From the IMG/VR virus record IMGVR_UViG_3300037418_002116: 64,000 nt of DNA; one strand, 5' to 3'. The notes below the pieces were generated by a model, which worked only from the letters and a program-made list of their open reading frames with translations, was not told where the DNA came from and made no database searches. Shown here piece by piece: positions 47,027 to 55,523 of the stretch; position 1 is the first letter of the stretch; each line of letters begins with the position of its first letter. Source of the DNA: a virus (taxonomy: Duplodnaviria; Caudoviricetes). A program made the translations under genes and the position numbers.

Positions 47027-47394
47027 GTCTCGATTTCCCTTGAATGATTTTCGATAGCCCGGTCGATCACGGCAATGACATCTTCATATTTCGTGGTGTA
47101 TGCATCATTCCATGAAGGAATAGAGACATAGCGTGTCAACGTCGGATCGATGGCTATTGCAAGAACCGCCATGGTTCTGGAAAATTCCGACTCTCCCGTC
47201 TCACAAAGAGGCATTTTTCGAGCTACCAAGGCCACGGCACCAGTCAGACACCAGCAAACCGCTTCGCCCGATTCATAGGAGACAACCCCACCATCGTCCT
47301 GTCGGGCCGATGCCCCTTGAGTCCAGCGTTCGGGAGAATTCAAAACTTCTTCCTTCACACTTTTCAGAATTTCGAGTGTCTTCGTGTCTTTCAT
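47023..47394 (-). CDS. Paralog family A member 4
   Basis: WTQGASARQ..G...AVCWCLTGA...WND...YEDV...D.AI. Confidence 0.75.
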   Translation of the reverse strand: MKDTKTLEILKSVKEEVLNSPERWTQGASARQDDGGVVSYESGEAVCWCLTGAVALVARKMPLCETGESEFSRTMAVLAIAIDPTLTRYVSIPSWNDAYTTKYEDVIAVIDRAIENHSREIET

Positions 47395-47615
47395 CCGATT
47401 TCTTCCATCAAATACTTTGCCGCCACATAGGGACAATCATCGGAATGTTCCACGGTATGTGAAGAATTGATTGAATATTCGTTACAATATTCGCACCGAT
47501 AATGAATATTCCGGCCCCGGTCATCTTCCTGAACGGCCCGTTCGATGATCGTCTCACAGACCAGTTTCAGCTTGGCCGTTTCAATCTTGTTCAACAAAAG
47601 ACTTGCCATGATCAC
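47391..47615 (-). CDS. Small Zn-finger-like protein
   Basis: CEYC...HSDDC. Confidence 0.6.
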   Translation of the reverse strand: MIMASLLLNKIETAKLKLVCETIIERAVQEDDRGRNIHYRCEYCNEYSINSSHTVEHSDDCPYVAAKYLMEEIG

Positions 47616-47962
47616 ACCCTTTCAGATTCCTTTGCCCGCTCAATCGCTTGGTCGAGCATGGCTATGACTTCGGAATGTTCCCGGTCGATTTGATCATTCC
47701 AGAGGGTCAGGGGATAGTCGATAATTCTCCGGATCACCGCCCGAGCCGACTCATAGGTATCATCCCACACAGGCATCGAAAGGTTGTGATCGCTCAAAAT
47801 CTTTTGGACACCGCCAGCCAAGCACCAGCGACACGCTGCCGGATCATTGACGCCAACCCCTTCACCATCGATGGTGATGGCCATATTGTACTGTGTCCAA
47901 CGGCTTGGGTCGGACAGAAGCTCACGGGTTTCCGTGAGAATTTGTGATGTTGGAATGGTCAT
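47612..47962 (-). CDS. Paralog family A member 3
   Basis: WTQ..MA...G...ACRWCLAGG...WND...HSEV...D.AI. Confidence 0.75.
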   Translation of the reverse strand: MTIPTSQILTETRELLSDPSRWTQYNMAITIDGEGVGVNDPAACRWCLAGGVQKILSDHNLSMPVWDDTYESARAVIRRIIDYPLTLWNDQIDREHSEVIAMLDQAIERAKESERV

Positions 47963-48318
47963 TTTATTTTGTTCGCCTTTGCTTTTTCGGAAAGCTTTTC
48001 TTTCGCTATGGCCTTGTCGAGAATATTGATCACATCGTCATAGGTGCGACCGATATTGTCGTTCCAAATGGCGATGGAAACGCCAGCGGCATCAGCGGGC
48101 CGAATGGCATTGGACAGAGCCCATAGGCCCTTGGACCAGCGCTCATTGATGCCACCACAAACATGAGCCAAGGCCCCGGAAAGACACCAGCACACGGCGT
48201 CGGGATGACCCCAACCAACCGAATTGCGATTGGCATCATGCGCCATTGCACCCTTGGTCCACTTGTCCGGCGAGGAAAGCAGCGCCTTGGTCTTTTCCAG
48301 ACTTTCCAACTTGTTCAT
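47959..48318 (-). CDS. Paralog family A member 2
   Basis: WTKGAMAHD...AVCWCLSGA...WND...YDDV...D.AI. Confidence 0.75.
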   Translation of the reverse strand: MNKLESLEKTKALLSSPDKWTKGAMAHDANRNSVGWGHPDAVCWCLSGALAHVCGGINERWSKGLWALSNAIRPADAAGVSIAIWNDNIGRTYDDVINILDKAIAKEKLSEKAKANKIK

Positions 48319-48674
48319 CAGTTTGCCGCCCGATTGTCCATCATCGTTTGTGCCGTTCGTGCCAGCGCAATTGCCTTGTCGAAGATTTCCATGACATCGG
48401 CGTGAGTCGTTTCCGGCTTGTCGTTGAAGCGATGCATTTGGTCATTGCCCGGAATGACTTCATAGAGAGTCCGGCGAGCATCGTCATAATCTTTTGTGGG
48501 AGAGGCAAAGCCGGTGACTCGAAGCAGCGCCCCATTCATGCAGAAGCGGCAGGCATAAGGGTCTAGGATGGCCGTTGAGACACCATCGGAATCGGTTGCA
48601 TTCGAGCCCTTGACCCAGAATTCAGGCTTGGAAATCAGTTCCTTGGCCTTTTCGAGAACCGTAACAGTTTGCAC
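48318..48674 (-). CDS. Paralog family A member 1 (GTG start after AGGGG SD)
   Basis: WVKGSNATD..G...ACRFCMNGA...FND...THADV...D.AI. Confidence 0.75.
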   Translation of the reverse strand: MQTVTVLEKAKELISKPEFWVKGSNATDSDGVSTAILDPYACRFCMNGALLRVTGFASPTKDYDDARRTLYEVIPGNDQMHRFNDKPETTHADVMEIFDKAIALARTAQTMMDNRAAN

Positions 48675-48700
48675 GTCTAATCCCCTTTCGAAAAATTTCA

Positions 48701-48865
48701 TGGTGTGGGGAGGAGTCGAACCTTGCCACTAATGACGTATTCGGTCCACGGGTTCTAAGTCCGCAACTAAACGTCACTGCACAGACCTCTTGGCTACTAA
48801 CTGATTTCCAGACAGGTAATGCGCACTTCCTGCTTTCTATCGAGCTTTGACCTCACTGTCACACC
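48701..48865 (-). ncRNA. tRNA-like structured RNA of about 165 nt
   Basis: 5' GGTGTG pairs with 3' CACACC(A); GG-TTCGACT-CC T-loop; internal GCGG-ACTTAGAAC-CCGT hairpin with a UAG (Leu)-like loop; promoter places +1 at the 5' end. Confidence 0.45.
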
Positions 48866-48872
48866 TGATGCT

Positions 48873-48901
48873 CATTTAAGGATTATATGAGGGAATGTCA
48901 A
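48873..48901 (-). promoter_or_regulatory. Early promoter for the tRNA-like RNA and family A array
   Basis: TTGACA-N17-TAAATG; spacer shares ATAATCCT with the 38013-38040 promoter. Confidence 0.55.
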
Positions 48902-48981
48902 TAAAGAAAAAAGCAATAGAATCATTCAGACGAAGGGGGAAACGTGATAGATCGTTTAATGTTGTTTTCGCCAACGAAGAC

Positions 48982-49161
48982 TCATGAGTTTTCATCCTTT
49001 TCCGTCCAGATGCATTCCGGATCATGTAGGATCGAACCATCACGATTGCGAGGTGCACCACAACAGTTGCAATAGCTTTCTGGCAAGCCAAGCTTTTCCC
49101 GGTGTTCCCGGTCACGCTTTGCCGATAGTTGGGCCAAGATTTCGCTAATGGATTTTGTCAT
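48982..49161 (-). CDS. 59-aa Zn-finger-like protein (below ORF-track cut-off)
   Basis: YCNCCGA...LHDPEC, same spacing class as 47391-47615. Confidence 0.55.
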   Translation of the reverse strand: MTKSISEILAQLSAKRDREHREKLGLPESYCNCCGAPRNRDGSILHDPECIWTEKDENS

Positions 49162-49429
49162 ACCGAGTCCGGAAAGGTCGATTGAAGGAAGCTCCGCTTC
49201 CCCTGCCCATCAATAGATCATTTCGTGTCGGTCGCCAGCCTTCCGAGAATGTGCCATCAGCCCGATAGATTTGCAGTGGGATATATGGATGATAAACCTC
49301 AAAGCCGCTCTTGTATCGGATGAATGTTCCAATCAATCTGTCGTCCTTATCGAAATCCTGTCGTGAAGTCTCCACTTCAAAGATTTCGGCCATCGCCTCT
49401 AACAGTTCATCAACCCTATCAGTCATCAT
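49145..49429 (-). CDS. Hypothetical protein
   Basis: ATGA-coupled. Confidence 0.55.
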   Translation of the reverse strand: MMTDRVDELLEAMAEIFEVETSRQDFDKDDRLIGTFIRYKSGFEVYHPYIPLQIYRADGTFSEGWRPTRNDLLMGRGSGASFNRPFRTRYDKIH

Positions 49430-49674
49430 TCCCGCCAATCTTTGGAATAATAGAAATAATTAACGAAAAAGCCCAGATCGAAACGGACTGTCGATTTCCA
49501 GTTGTGCCATCGTTCATGTACCTGAACACGCTCTAGCCATGCATAACGCTGCTTGTCTTCCAAGAACACGGGACGCCACGCAAACCAATAGCGCCCTTTT
49601 TCGGTCCAGTCGAGTTTCCGGTACAGCCATGATTCGGTTAGCCAGTCGGAAAAGCTTGGGATACGGAATTGCAT
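49426..49674 (-). CDS. Trp-rich hypothetical protein
   Basis: WFAWRPV.L......WLE.V motif recalled from phage small proteins. Confidence 0.65.
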   Translation of the reverse strand: MQFRIPSFSDWLTESWLYRKLDWTEKGRYWFAWRPVFLEDKQRYAWLERVQVHERWHNWKSTVRFDLGFFVNYFYYSKDWRE

Positions 49675-49895
49675 TATTTTCGTCCGATATAATGGCTATT
49701 GATTCGCTTGCGAGGCTTGGGCTTGTTCAAGCCATTCACATAATCAAAATGGCCATACCACGGGCGAGGATCACACAGTGAGACAGTGCGCCCGTTGCCG
49801 ATTCCAAAATAATTCATTCCCCAATGCCAGCGAGGAATTTTAGCTTTTTTCGCAGCCCATCGATGATGGCCAAACACGGCATAATTGTTCATCAT
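49674..49895 (-). CDS. Hypothetical protein
   Basis: Coupled at both ends. Confidence 0.5.
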   Translation of the reverse strand: MMNNYAVFGHHRWAAKKAKIPRWHWGMNYFGIGNGRTVSLCDPRPWYGHFDYVNGLNKPKPRKRINSHYIGRK

Positions 49896-50010
49896 CGTAT
49901 CCCCGAAAAAATCATGCAAGCCACGATGGCGAGGGGAAACCAGATATACCAGTAATCGAAGGATGCAAGGATCATGCGTAATTCCACCTTAGAATGCAAA
50001 AATATCCAGT

Positions 50011-50193
50011 CTAACTATAGGTCGAACGATTAATAATTGCAAGCATATCTTGTTTCTCACACAAACGGCATTGTGTCGTCTTGTCATACTCATTCGGGTT
50101 GCCGAGACGATGAAACAATGAACAATCGGTATCGCAGCGAAGCCGTTTGTTGTCAAAGATTTGGTTGTCGGGAAAGACCGAATTACGGTTCAT
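50011..50193 (-). CDS. Cys-rich hypothetical protein
   Basis: ATGA overlap with upstream gene. Confidence 0.45.
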   Translation of the reverse strand: MNRNSVFPDNQIFDNKRLRCDTDCSLFHRLGNPNEYDKTTQCRLCEKQDMLAIINRSTYS

Positions 50194-50387
50194 TGGCGGT
50201 TTGTGTCGCCCTTGGCATATGATCCGGAAGGTTCGAATTGGATGCAATAGGCATTGTACAATCGCTTTGGATTGTCAGCCAATACTTGGAGAGCCGCAGC
50301 GTTACATGTTTCGGGATCATAGTAATAGTTTGGCATGATCGCTTCACCATGGGCAAACATAACGATGAGATAGAATACAGTGTTCAT
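50190..50387 (-). CDS. Small secreted-type protein (C...C pair)
   Basis: Hydrophobic N-terminus; ETCNAA...AYCI. Confidence 0.6.
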   Translation of the reverse strand: MNTVFYLIVMFAHGEAIMPNYYYDPETCNAAALQVLADNPKRLYNAYCIQFEPSGSYAKGDTNRQ

Positions 50388-50629
50388 CTCAATAGTTCAA
50401 TATACTTTGTGATTTGCTTTTGCACATGACCAATATCTTTCTCTGCTTTGATAGAGAAATCATAACCCAAATCGTTCCGGTCATGGTCCGATATGCGGAG
50501 GACGAAATGCCTTCCACCAATTGGGAAATAGAAATAGTTTGAATTGGAAGTCTTGGCTTTTTCTTGGCGAAACTTAATGTTCTTGGATGCCAGAAACTTG
50601 GCCATGATAACGGAGAAAACTGCGATCAT
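50384..50629 (-). CDS. Hypothetical protein
   Basis: S.S.YF......LRISDH motif. Confidence 0.6.
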   Translation of the reverse strand: MIAVFSVIMAKFLASKNIKFRQEKAKTSNSNYFYFPIGGRHFVLRISDHDRNDLGYDFSIKAEKDIGHVQKQITKYIELLR

Positions 50630-50679
50630 AATTTAAATCCATGGCCATTCATGGTGTGGAAATCATTGGGGATAAGCCT

Positions 50680-50862
50680 TCAACACCACGGCCATTCAAG
50701 CCGGAAGAAGGTCCAAGCCGAAGTGGCCAAATAGGTTTTGCCGTTCGACTCGTCACGATAGATTCCAACGGGTTCACCCGTCACCTTGTCCACAAACATG
50801 CAGCGATCAAGACAAGTCATGGGACGGCCAAAGATCGTCATGGGTTTGCCGAAAATTTTCAT
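50680..50862 (-). CDS. Hypothetical protein
   Basis: ATGA overlap. Confidence 0.45.
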   Translation of the reverse strand: MKIFGKPMTIFGRPMTCLDRCMFVDKVTGEPVGIYRDESNGKTYLATSAWTFFRLEWPWC

Positions 50863-51074
50863 ACCCAGAACGGACTCGTTAGAAAGGCAATGAGCGCATA
50901 GAGAGTGCAGAGCCCAACAAATGCCCAAACTCCCTTGGATGTCGAACGATATTTGTGTTCCACATAGGCAGGAAGCCAGAGCGTGAAACCAGCCACCGCT
51001 ACGAGTAACAAAGGCCATGAATGGACAAGGGCACTAAGTAAGTTCGCCCAAAGTGTCGAGAAATACCAAATCAT
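50859..51074 (-). CDS. Small membrane protein
   Basis: Two TM-like segments. Confidence 0.55.
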   Translation of the reverse strand: MIWYFSTLWANLLSALVHSWPLLLVAVAGFTLWLPAYVEHKYRSTSKGVWAFVGLCTLYALIAFLTSPFWV

Positions 51075-51589
51075 GCAGTGACAACCGGAATGGTCAAGCC
51101 ATGGCCATGAGCAAATGACTCAAAGTTCCGCTTGATAGTTGCACCAAGGGTTTCCGGTGAATTCGGAGTGTGAGCATGTTTGTTATTGATCGCCGGATCA
51201 TCGTGACAATACTGCAAATCTTTTATGTTCTCCATGTTCAACTTTGAAAATAAAAGTTTCAATGCGTTAAACGAATCAATCTTTTTTTGGCTATCCAACC
51301 AAACGATTTCTCCCCGAAAAGACATCTCCCCGTCAAAGTGCCATTTCTTGGCTTCGGAACCCTCTATCAGCTTCGGTTTCCTAAGAACAGTGTCGATAGT
51401 TCCGATGTTCGGCATATGGTCGAGGATTTCTTGCGGGATAGCATGGCCAATGGCACAACGTTTTCCATCAGATGGACTCAGATAGACGCAATTGCCATTT
51501 TCCCAAGCCGGTTGCCAGTCCTGCTTTGCCATGCCGAGATAAGCAGCATTGAACACTTCCTGTAGGGATTCATAGGGTTTGATAGTCAT
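51071..51589 (-). CDS. Paralog family C member
   Basis: PYESLQEVF..AYLG...Q...C.Y....G.RCAIGH...LQ.CHD...GLTIP. Confidence 0.75.
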   Translation of the reverse strand: MTIKPYESLQEVFNAAYLGMAKQDWQPAWENGNCVYLSPSDGKRCAIGHAIPQEILDHMPNIGTIDTVLRKPKLIEGSEAKKWHFDGEMSFRGEIVWLDSQKKIDSFNALKLLFSKLNMENIKDLQYCHDDPAINNKHAHTPNSPETLGATIKRNFESFAHGHGLTIPVVTA

Positions 51590-51608
51590 TCAGTCGCACC
51601 CGGAATGG

Positions 51609-51992
51609 TCAGAGGACTATCGGAATAGTCAGCCCAAATTTTTCGGCAAAGTGTTCCAATCGTTCCTTCATTGATTCCGGAGTAAAGCCATTGTCATGAA
51701 CGCCTTGCAGTAGCTTCAAAACATCCACTGAAACGTTTGCAAACAGAGCTTGCCAGTCGGAGTCAGCAACGATAGCAGCGCCTACAGAGGCGAAGCGAAC
51801 TTGATTCGTCACCAGTTCATCGGGAACACAATGGCCAATAGCGCATTTCATATCGCCGTTGCTACGATATGAACACGTCGTCCGGTCCCGGTTCGGATTG
51901 AATTGCATAGCCCGGTGAAAGCCTTGTGCAGCCAAACCACGATAGGCAACGTCGAAAACTTCCTGTAGGGATTCATATGGTCTAATGTTCAT
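51609..51992 (-). CDS. Paralog family C member
   Basis: PYESLQEVF...CSY....KCAIGH..PDE...LQ..HD...GLTIP. Confidence 0.75.
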   Translation of the reverse strand: MNIRPYESLQEVFDVAYRGLAAQGFHRAMQFNPNRDRTTCSYRSNGDMKCAIGHCVPDELVTNQVRFASVGAAIVADSDWQALFANVSVDVLKLLQGVHDNGFTPESMKERLEHFAEKFGLTIPIVL

Positions 51993-52438
51993 GGAGTCGA
52001 CTCCAGTTCAGGAGTGGTCAGAGAACCATTCTCTTCCGGAATGGTCAGACCACGTTCAGCGGCGAAATTTCGCATGGCAGCTTCCACATCGAAAGTTTCT
52101 TTTTCATGGCCATAATACTTGTCATGGCAGTTCTGCAAATCTCGCAACTGATTCAAATCGACGTTAGCGAACAGTTCCCGCCATCGTGGTTCCTCAAAGA
52201 ACACACTTATAATCGCACCAACAACAAATCCCCCATTATCACCATGGATAATCAGTTCATCGGGGACACAGTGACCGATGGCACATTTCTTGCCATCCTT
52301 GTTCAGATACTCACAACCCAACCCATCTTGCGATGTGGCCCGTTCCCAATTCTGGCTTTTCATACCAAGCCAAGCCTTGTCGAAAACTTCCTGCAAATTT
52401 TTGTAAGGAACAATTTCAGTTTCGGTGTTCATTTTCAT
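51989..52438 (-). CDS. Paralog family C member
   Basis: PY.NLQEVF...CEY....KCAIGH..PDE...LQ.CHD...GLTIP. Confidence 0.75.
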   Translation of the reverse strand: MKMNTETEIVPYKNLQEVFDKAWLGMKSQNWERATSQDGLGCEYLNKDGKKCAIGHCVPDELIIHGDNGGFVVGAIISVFFEEPRWRELFANVDLNQLRDLQNCHDKYYGHEKETFDVEAAMRNFAAERGLTIPEENGSLTTPELESTP

Positions 52439-52661
52439 TTCCCTTCGGAATTTCCCATGTAGTTTCTGAATTCCCTTTCGGGAAACAATCGAGCAACACC
52501 CAAGCGTTGTAATGTCCGTCTAGGGAAGCCCTTTGAGTCAGTCGGATTGCATCCATAGCTTTGGTGCAAGATGATAGATCATTGAATTCGGCAGTTAGAG
52601 CCGGTGAACCAGCACCGCCATCAGCATGAGAGAACAACAGAAAGATGAGAACAAATTTCAT
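52416..52661 (-). CDS. Small secreted-type protein (C...C pair)
   Basis: MKFVLIFLLF...AEF....SC..A...DCFPK; resembles 50190 and 54012 ORFs. Confidence 0.6.
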   Translation of the reverse strand: MKFVLIFLLFSHADGGAGSPALTAEFNDLSSCTKAMDAIRLTQRASLDGHYNAWVLLDCFPKGNSETTWEIPKGNENEHRN

Positions 52662-53119
52662 TCTTTATCGATCTTCGAATCGATCTTCGAATCGATCTTA
52701 TAGAATGGTGTTCCCGGCCCGCCTTCGATCATCGCTTCAAGCAGAGTGCCGATTTCATGGGGTTTGATTGTCGAATCATCATTCAGAGCAGCGAGTGAAG
52801 AATAGTTTTCACCATTCCACAAAATCGAACCATTATAGTTGGTTCCATCATTTTCGAACATGCCGAGAGAGTCAGCGACATCCATTGGCAGGACCAGCCT
52901 TTCCTCCCCATAGTACCAATTGCCGTGTCTGTTTGTGGCTTCCACACCCAGAGCATCACACATATGCCCAAGGCAACAGCGACCGCCAACGGCATTTCTA
53001 AGCTTACCCTTGGCTTTTCTAAGCTCCGGATTTTTCAGATAGTCGATGACTTTCCGGCGATTCGCCATGATTTCATCATCAGAATGAGCCTTGCCAACCT
53101 CAAATTCATCAGTTGCCAT
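52658..53119 (-). CDS. Paralog family B-like member
   Basis: K.KG.LR....RCCLG..C...LND....I..LLE. Confidence 0.7.
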   Translation of the reverse strand: MATDEFEVGKAHSDDEIMANRRKVIDYLKNPELRKAKGKLRNAVGGRCCLGHMCDALGVEATNRHGNWYYGEERLVLPMDVADSLGMFENDGTNYNGSILWNGENYSSLAALNDDSTIKPHEIGTLLEAMIEGGPGTPFYKIDSKIDSKIDKE

Positions 53120-53261
53120 TTTCAAAATGCCTTTTGCAAACTTATTGCGTGAAACTATGATTCCATGCAAAGATTCGTCATTGGACTAGGCGTCGAATGA
53201 TGGATTCTTGCATGATAGGTGTGAAAGTTGAAGTTTCTGTGCGAACTTTCGAATTTCCGAA

Positions 53262-53291
53262 CTTTCTATAGGATGACAATGAGAATGTCAA
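53262..53291 (-). promoter_or_regulatory. Probable early promoter
   Basis: (C)TTGACA followed by TATAGAAA at 15-17 nt. Confidence 0.45.
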
Positions 53292-53336
53292 GAGGGAAAC
53301 CACCATAGAATCGAATCTATCGAGGATTCCCGTTGG

Positions 53337-53825
53337 TCACTCGCTTGATATGATTCCCTCAGAATACTTTGCATCCGGATAGAATGTATATGAATAACAT
53401 CCTTCGGCATTGAAGGTCATAAACAGTGTTTTGCCAGTATATGGAACCTTATCTGTGCCAGTATATTTGTACAAATCAATGGCCGAGAAAGTATAATCGT
53501 GCCCATCGCTTAGATAACGACCTTGTAGAAGCATCAGTTCCGGTTTGGTCAAGCTTCTAATATAATGAAAATCGGGGTTATTGGCGATCTTTATGCGCAG
53601 TTCATCCGATTTGGTACAGGCAGCATCTTGGGCAACAGTGGTTTGACTCATTGCTCGGGCAGATAGTGTCATGAAAAGAAGGACGAGGAATGCGAGAAAA
53701 AGTGTAATGATTACAATGGCTTTGCCAGATCGAGACATGAGAAACCTTGGTTGGTTAATGTGATTATGATGATTGTCCAGAGCGCCATCAGCACAATGAA
53801 TGCGATTTTGCGGCGAATAGACCAT
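53337..53825 (-). CDS. Membrane-anchored/secreted protein; start may be 53738
   Basis: Signal-like KAIVIITLFLAFLVLLFMTLSARA; two Cys. Confidence 0.55.
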   Translation of the reverse strand: MVYSPQNRIHCADGALDNHHNHINQPRFLMSRSGKAIVIITLFLAFLVLLFMTLSARAMSQTTVAQDAACTKSDELRIKIANNPDFHYIRSLTKPELMLLQGRYLSDGHDYTFSAIDLYKYTGTDKVPYTGKTLFMTFNAEGCYSYTFYPDAKYSEGIISSE

Positions 53826-53969
53826 GGTCGAGAATACGACATATTATTGTGATTCATTGAGTTTATTCGTGGATTATTGCAAGGAAATCTTTGTTAATGC
53901 AAAAATGTTCCATTGAACAGACTCCTTGTTTTCGGGCATTTCGGAAAAATACCACGTAAATATAACCAT

Positions 53970-54005
53970 CCGGTTATTATATAACTACCCGGTTATTATA
54001 TAACT
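53970..54005. repeat. Tandem 17-bp direct repeat with internal palindrome
   Basis: CCGGTTATTATATAACT x2 at 19-bp period, flanked by partial TATAAC/GTTAT copies. Confidence 0.85.
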
Positions 54006-54011
54006 CTATAG

Positions 54012-54242
54012 TTATGGATCGACGGTATAGGCAGCACACCGCAGTTCTGTTTGTATATCTTCCACGATATACCGTTCCATCATCGGTTTCATGTGACCCA
54101 ATTCCGTCAAGCATTCTTTTTCCGTATCGAAATACATTCTTTCCGAGATAACGGACGTGCCCACAGAAGTGCCCATGGAAGTACCCGGAGTCCCTGTATA
54201 GATTGTAGCTATCAGAATAAAAATTGTAGATGGAACCATCAT
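54012..54242 (-). CDS. Small secreted-type protein (C...C pair)
   Basis: Hydrophobic N-terminus; F.TEKEC...RCA. Confidence 0.6.
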   Translation of the reverse strand: MMVPSTIFILIATIYTGTPGTSMGTSVGTSVISERMYFDTEKECLTELGHMKPMMERYIVEDIQTELRCAAYTVDP

Positions 54243-54247
54243 TTTGC

Positions 54248-54724
54248 CTATAGTTTTCCGTATTCGATTGGAGGCAGTTTTTCTATTTCTTCGTCGCTGA
54301 ATTCGGATAGACCGGTGGACATATTTGTCCCGGTGGACATATCTTTCTCAATTTCTCCGAAAATTCTTCGAATTTCTTTAATGGAAAAGTACTTCCCTAT
54401 CTGGTGTTCCTTTATTCCAAAACCTTTATAGTATTCGATTTCATCGGGAGTTAATTCTGGAAAAGGTTCACAGTAATTTTCCGGATCGAATTCCTTGCAC
54501 CATTCACCATGAGCCTTAAATTCTTCGACTGTCGGTGGATGGCTTAGATAAGGTTCAACTGGTTTCAGGAGGTTAAAGTAACTCAAATCAAGGCATCCAT
54601 CGGAACCGATTATCCAAGCACTTTGGACTCCATCAGACCATGTTCGAATTTCAATGATTTGGCGTGAGCCATCATTTTTTGTTTCAGCCCACCAGTAACC
54701 ATTCTTTATTGTATTATTTTGCAT
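54248..54724 (-). CDS. Hypothetical protein
   Basis: GYWWAE...IIEI..W; acidic tail. Confidence 0.6.
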   Translation of the reverse strand: MQNNTIKNGYWWAETKNDGSRQIIEIRTWSDGVQSAWIIGSDGCLDLSYFNLLKPVEPYLSHPPTVEEFKAHGEWCKEFDPENYCEPFPELTPDEIEYYKGFGIKEHQIGKYFSIKEIRRIFGEIEKDMSTGTNMSTGLSEFSDEEIEKLPPIEYGKL

Positions 54725-54902
54725 TCAATTCCCTTTCTAATTGTTCACCAGTCATACACCGCATATTTCGAGGATCATCGAGGCATGAAGGAACGCCAGA
54801 CGGGACGCCATACGTTGTACATGAAGATAACATAATCATCACGACTACCCATAAAGTTGGGGATGCGAAGCATCCTTTTCCCATTCCCATTCCTTTTCCC
54901 AT
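54714..54902 (-). CDS. Putative lipoprotein
   Basis: Hydrophobic stretch then lipobox LSSC. Confidence 0.5.
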   Translation of the reverse strand: MGKGMGMGKGCFASPTLWVVVMIMLSSCTTYGVPSGVPSCLDDPRNMRCMTGEQLERELNAK

Positions 54903-55303
54903 TACTTTGTGTCCGAACTACTATCTTTGACATGAAGAAATGGCGGTATGTTTCTTCTATTGGTTTTCAGGTGTTCCAAGAGTTTTTCTTTTTTCTCCAA
55001 TTCATCCTTAACCCATTGTTCGGCCAATTCTTCGGACTCAAAAAACATTGGTCTATATGATGAGTTTGATTCCATCACGATTGACCAATAATAGCTAATC
55101 CGCTCATATCCCCGCATTGAATACCGTTCGAGTCCCCATCCCAATTCAGCACCGCCATTCTGTGCCGTTGGATAGATTCGATAGGTTCCAAGTGGAAACT
55201 CTGCTTTCGGACGATTTTCGGGGTTTTGTTGTTGTTCAGGAACCGGGATTGGTTCCCTTTGTGGTTTATATGGAGTGCCAAATAAAAATTCTAATATCGA
55301 CAT
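54902..55303 (-). CDS. Hypothetical protein
   Basis: Coupled ORF. Confidence 0.55.
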   Translation of the reverse strand: MSILEFLFGTPYKPQREPIPVPEQQQNPENRPKAEFPLGTYRIYPTAQNGGAELGWGLERYSMRGYERISYYWSIVMESNSSYRPMFFESEELAEQWVKDELEKKEKLLEHLKTNRRNIPPFLHVKDSSSDTK

Positions 55304-55510
55304 CTATTTTCTCGTTGATTTTTGTATTTCTGATTTGATCATTTCGAATATGAAGTAAAAGAAAATTACTGGCCATATCAGAGACAATAGGATTGCATTT
55401 CTTTTCTCTGATGCCGACCGGTGAGGCGAGAATATACTTCCAAGAGAAAGCAGGAAATACACGGGTACGGCACCCATCGCCCAAAGGATTATGATTATGA
55501 AAATACTCAT
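55304..55510 (-). CDS. Small membrane protein
   Basis: Two TM-like segments, S..WP motif. Confidence 0.55.
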   Translation of the reverse strand: MSIFIIIILWAMGAVPVYFLLSLGSIFSPHRSASEKRNAILLSLIWPVIFFYFIFEMIKSEIQKSTRK

Positions 55511-55523
55511 TCGAAGTTTATTC

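Noticed and set aside
48675-48701. ATG 48701 as start of family A member 1
   Set aside because: No SD (pyrimidine-rich tRNA-like 3' end); GTG 48674 has AGGGG at proper spacing.
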